A stretch of 20,000 nt of DNA, taken from the IMG/VR virus record IMGVR_UViG_3300018421_000009; one strand, written 5' to 3'. A program made the translations under genes and the position numbers. Source of the DNA: an uncultured virus (IMG/VR IMGVR_UViG_3300018421_000009) (lineage: Duplodnaviria > Heunggongvirae > Uroviricota > Caudoviricetes). The number at the start of each line of letters is the position of its first letter. Position 1 is the first letter of the stretch. Of the stretch, positions 16,647 to 20,000 are shown piece after piece. Below the pieces are notes generated by a model that did not search any database, had not been told where the DNA came from, and saw only the letters and a program-made list of their open reading frames with translations.

Positions 16647-16654
16647 CATAAATA
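16647..16654 (+). promoter_or_regulatory. Late promoter CATAAATA for the tail sheath gene
   Basis: Intergenic, upstream of SD AGGAG (16683-16687) and ATG 16695. Confidence 0.8.
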
Positions 16655-16694
16655 CTATTAACAAACTTATGTTAAGTTCAACAGGAGAGCATAA

Positions 16695-19600
16695 ATGGCA
16701 AACTTAGTATCACCAGGTGTACAGGTTTCGGTAATCGACGAAAGTTTTTATACCCCAGCGGAACCGGGTACTACCCCAATGATTTTTGTTGCTACTGCAC
16801 AAGACAAAGCGAATGCAAGTGGCACAGGTACAGCAAGAGGCACAACGAAAGCAAACGCTGGCGTTCCGTTCTTGCTAACATCACAAAGAGATTTATCCGA
16901 GACTTTCGGAGATCCATTATTTTATACAGACAATAACAACAATCCAATTCACGGTTCGGAACTAAATGAATATGGCTTACAAGCGGCTTATTCATACTTA
17001 GGTGTTTCAAACAGAGCATGGGTTGTTAGAGCAGACATTGACTTAGGAGAACTCCAAGCATCAGCAACTGCTCCGGCGGCTGATCCAGCAGACGGAACTC
17101 ATTGGTTCGACACTGGTTCAACTAGATACGGGATCTTTGAATGGAACGGCAACGCTGTAACATCTACAGGCGGACAAACATTTACTAACAAAGTACCTAC
17201 AGTAATTACAGATGGTACTAAACTTGAAAACTTTAATTCGGGTACTGGCGCAAACGACGGACCAAAATCTTCTGTTGGACAAATTGGTGAATACGCTGTT
17301 GTTGCTACTACTACAATTAACAGAGTTTGGTACAAGAATGCAAACGGTACTTGGGTGAAAGTCGGTTCAAGTGCATGGGTTGGTTCATGGCCAACAGCAG
17401 TCGGTGACGAAACTAATCCTACATTAACAGGATCATTTGATATTAATGGAAACACAGTAACCGGTGCTGGTACATTGGCAGACCTAGTTTCAAACATTAA
17501 CGGTAATTCAACACTACAAGCCGCAGGCATTACTGCTAAAGCAACAAACGGATCACTTGAAATTTATTCAACTGGCCCAGACATTTCTTTAGTTGACAAT
17601 GCTGGCGCATTAGCAGTAGTTGGTTTAACAGAAAAAACTTACTATGCTCCAAAACTTCAAGTTTCAGCACATACTAGTGTTCCTGAATTTAAATCAACTG
17701 ACACAGAAGCAAGACCAAGTGGATCTGTTTGGTTTAAAACTACAGAGCCTAACAAAGGTGCATTGATTGCTGTAAGAGTGTTTAACGGCGATACAGGGTT
17801 ATTTGAATCTAAAAACGTTTCAATTTTCCCAGATAACCAAACAGCACTTAAAAACTTAGACTCAACAGGCGGCGGCTTAAATCTTTCAGTTGACAATTAC
17901 TATGCACAATCAAATGTCACTGAAGAAGCAGATGCAGAGTTTAACTTTAAATTATTCAAACGTGCAAACGCTGGTTCTACTAAAATAGTATCAGATGTGA
18001 TTACTGCTGGAAAAGTAGCATCAAGCACTTATACATTTACAATTTCAGAGTCTACTACAAACTCAGCAACAATGAGTTCGCCAGTAACAGTACAAGTTGT
18101 TGCAACAGGCGCGGCGACAGATGCAGACGAAATTGCAGGACAAATTAACTCAGCAGGTTTAACAAACGTTGTTGCATCAGTTGATGGTTCAAACAAAGTT
18201 GTTATTGAACACAACGATGGCGGCGAAATTAGATTTGTTGACACATCAGGTATGTTGGGAAATATGGGATTCACTCCATATGTAAGTGCAACAGAAGGTA
18301 CTGCTAACTTATATTATGTACCTGGTACTGACAGTTCTACAAGTCCTAAAGAGTTTATGGCTTCTAACTGGCAAGTATTAACTTACACTGCTAACGATGA
18401 CGCACCAAGTGCTTTAGCAAATGATGGTCAACTATGGTACAATTCAGTTGTTGACGAAGTTGATATGCTAATCCACAACGGTACTGATTGGGTAGGTTAT
18501 CAAAACTATCAATCAGGTAGCGTTAGTTACGCATCTACTTCACCAGAAGGTCCTATTGTTTCAGCAACAGAGCCTACTAAACAGTCAGACGGCTCAGATC
18601 TAGTTGAAGGCGATCTTTGGATTTCAACAGCAGACTTAGAAAACTATCCACAAGTTTATCAATACAATTTCACAACTAAGAAATGGGTATTAAGAGATAG
18701 TTCAGATCAGTCAACTGATAACGGTGTACTATTTGCAGATGCACGTTACAATACAGCAGGTGCAAACAGTGACGAAGCAGGTGCTATTGTAGATTTATTA
18801 ACAAGTAACTACTTAGATCCAGACGCTCCAGATCCAGCACTATATCCAAAAGGTATGTTGCTATGGAACCTAAGACGTTCTGGCTTTAACGTTAAAAAGT
18901 TTGTACGTAATGCAATTGATACAGCAGAGCGTAACATCCGCGGTACAGACGACGGTGTGTTAATGACAAATTACTATCCACATAGATGGGTAACTGAGTC
19001 AGCAAACCAACCAGATGGTTCAGGATCATTTGGTAGAAAAGCACAGCGTAAAGTAGTTGTACAAGGCTTCCAAGCACTTGTTAACTCAAACGACGACATT
19101 AGAGATAACGAATCAAGAATCTTTAACTTAATGGCTTGCCCAGGTTACTCAGAACTAATTGGCGAAATGATTTCACTAAACTACGACAGAGGCTTAACAG
19201 CATTTGTTATTGGTGACGCTCCATTTAGACTTAAGAGTGATGCAACAACACTTAATAATTGGGCTAATAACGTAGCAGGTGCAGTTGAAGATAACGATGA
19301 CGGTCTTGTTAGCCGTGATGAATATGTTGGTATCTTTTATCCAAGTTTATTCACAAGTGATAACGCCGGTAACAACGTAGTTGTACCAGCATCACACGGT
19401 ATCTTAAGAACTATTGCACTAAGTGACAGTGTTTCTTATCCATGGTTTGCACCAGCAGGTACAAGACGTGGTGGTATTACTAACGCTTCAAGTGCAGGTT
19501 ACATTGATGCTGAAGGCGAGTTTAAAACAGTTGCTCTTAACGAAGGTCAAAGAGACACATTGTACAGCAATGCAGTTAACCCAATTACATTCTTAACTGG

Positions 19601-19973
19601 TGCTGGACTTGTTAACTATGGTCAAAAGACAAGAGCAAGAAATGCAAGTTCGTTAGATAGAATTAACGTTGCAAGACTAGTAATTTACTTACGTTCACAA
19701 TTGAACAAACTTGCTAAACCTTATATCTTTGAACCAAACGATAAGATTACAAGGGACGAAATTAAACAGCAAGTTGATAGTTTAATGCTAGAACTTGTAG
19801 GACAAAGAGCGTTATATGACTTCTTGGTAGTGTGTGATGAATCAAATAACACACCTTCAAGAATTGACAGAAACGAGTTATATGTAGACATAGCGATTGA
19901 ACCAGTAAAAGCAGTAGAATTTATTTACATTCCACTAAGACTTAAAAATACTGGCGAGATAGCGGGACTATAA
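16695..19973 (+). CDS. Contractile tail sheath protein (T4 gp18-like) with large insertion domains
   Basis: N-terminal 'LVSPGVQVSVIDES'. C-terminal sheath domain with 'PWFAPAG..RG', 'RD.LY...VNPI', 'GQKT....S.LDRINVARL', 'FEPND..TR', 'VVCDESNNTP..IDRNEL.VDI.I.P.KA.EFIYI'. Confidence 0.96.
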   Translation: MANLVSPGVQVSVIDESFYTPAEPGTTPMIFVATAQDKANASGTGTARGTTKANAGVPFLLTSQRDLSETFGDPLFYTDNNNNPIHGSELNEYGLQAAYSYLGVSNRAWVVRADIDLGELQASATAPAADPADGTHWFDTGSTRYGIFEWNGNAVTSTGGQTFTNKVPTVITDGTKLENFNSGTGANDGPKSSVGQIGEYAVVATTTINRVWYKNANGTWVKVGSSAWVGSWPTAVGDETNPTLTGSFDINGNTVTGAGTLADLVSNINGNSTLQAAGITAKATNGSLEIYSTGPDISLVDNAGALAVVGLTEKTYYAPKLQVSAHTSVPEFKSTDTEARPSGSVWFKTTEPNKGALIAVRVFNGDTGLFESKNVSIFPDNQTALKNLDSTGGGLNLSVDNYYAQSNVTEEADAEFNFKLFKRANAGSTKIVSDVITAGKVASSTYTFTISESTTNSATMSSPVTVQVVATGAATDADEIAGQINSAGLTNVVASVDGSNKVVIEHNDGGEIRFVDTSGMLGNMGFTPYVSATEGTANLYYVPGTDSSTSPKEFMASNWQVLTYTANDDAPSALANDGQLWYNSVVDEVDMLIHNGTDWVGYQNYQSGSVSYASTSPEGPIVSATEPTKQSDGSDLVEGDLWISTADLENYPQVYQYNFTTKKWVLRDSSDQSTDNGVLFADARYNTAGANSDEAGAIVDLLTSNYLDPDAPDPALYPKGMLLWNLRRSGFNVKKFVRNAIDTAERNIRGTDDGVLMTNYYPHRWVTESANQPDGSGSFGRKAQRKVVVQGFQALVNSNDDIRDNESRIFNLMACPGYSELIGEMISLNYDRGLTAFVIGDAPFRLKSDATTLNNWANNVAGAVEDNDDGLVSRDEYVGIFYPSLFTSDNAGNNVVVPASHGILRTIALSDSVSYPWFAPAGTRRGGITNASSAGYIDAEGEFKTVALNEGQRDTLYSNAVNPITFLTGAGLVNYGQKTRARNASSLDRINVARLVIYLRSQLNKLAKPYIFEPNDKITRDEIKQQVDSLMLELVGQRALYDFLVVCDESNNTPSRIDRNELYVDIAIEPVKAVEFIYIPLRLKNTGEIAGL

Positions 19974-19976
19974 TAT

Positions 19977-19984
19977 GATAAATA
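19977..19984 (+). promoter_or_regulatory. Late promoter GATAAATA for the next gene (probably tail tube, outside the window)
   Basis: Begins 3 nt after the sheath stop and is followed by SD AGGAG at 19993-19997. Confidence 0.8.
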
Positions 19985-20000
19985 ATATTAATAGGAGCAA

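Noticed and set aside
16658..16678. Two alternative 6-bp hairpins in the sheath leader (TTAACA/TGTTAA and AACTTA/TAAGTT)
   Set aside because: They are AT-rich and weak, do not cover the SD, and are expected by chance at this composition.
16792..19077. Antisense ORFs within the tail sheath gene
   Set aside because: They are shadows of the sheath reading frame.
1..20000. Stop-codon reassignment, inteins, introns, tRNA or rRNA genes
   Set aside because: Genes tile the window densely under the standard code, intergenic gaps are short and accounted for, and I saw no intein splice motifs or split genes.

Overview
This window is part of the virion-morphogenesis region of a large, AT-rich T4-like myovirus, most likely an uncultured aquatic phage. 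The assignment rests on motif recognition; no database search was run. From left to right it carries the 3' end of a probable carbamoyltransferase and three rightward structural genes, including a 2328-aa modular repeat protein. A tightly coupled seven-gene leftward operon follows: gp14-like neck protein, gp15-like tail terminator, NUDIX hydrolase, HldE, HldD, an unknown 235-aa protein and a cupin. To the right are a divergent gp13-like neck gene, a dNMP kinase with a near-consensus sigma70 promoter, a degenerate HNH/Zn-finger gene and a 1092-aa tail sheath. Two points stand out. First, an ADP-heptose biosynthesis cassette is fused to the neck operon behind a late promoter, and its cupin may replace GmhA, which suggests virion or host-surface heptosylation. 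Second, the regulatory layer is compact: (G/C)ATAAATA late promoters, apparently leaderless late mRNAs, and anti-Shine-Dalgarno arms upstream of predicted start sites that could silence read-through transcripts in both temporal directions.
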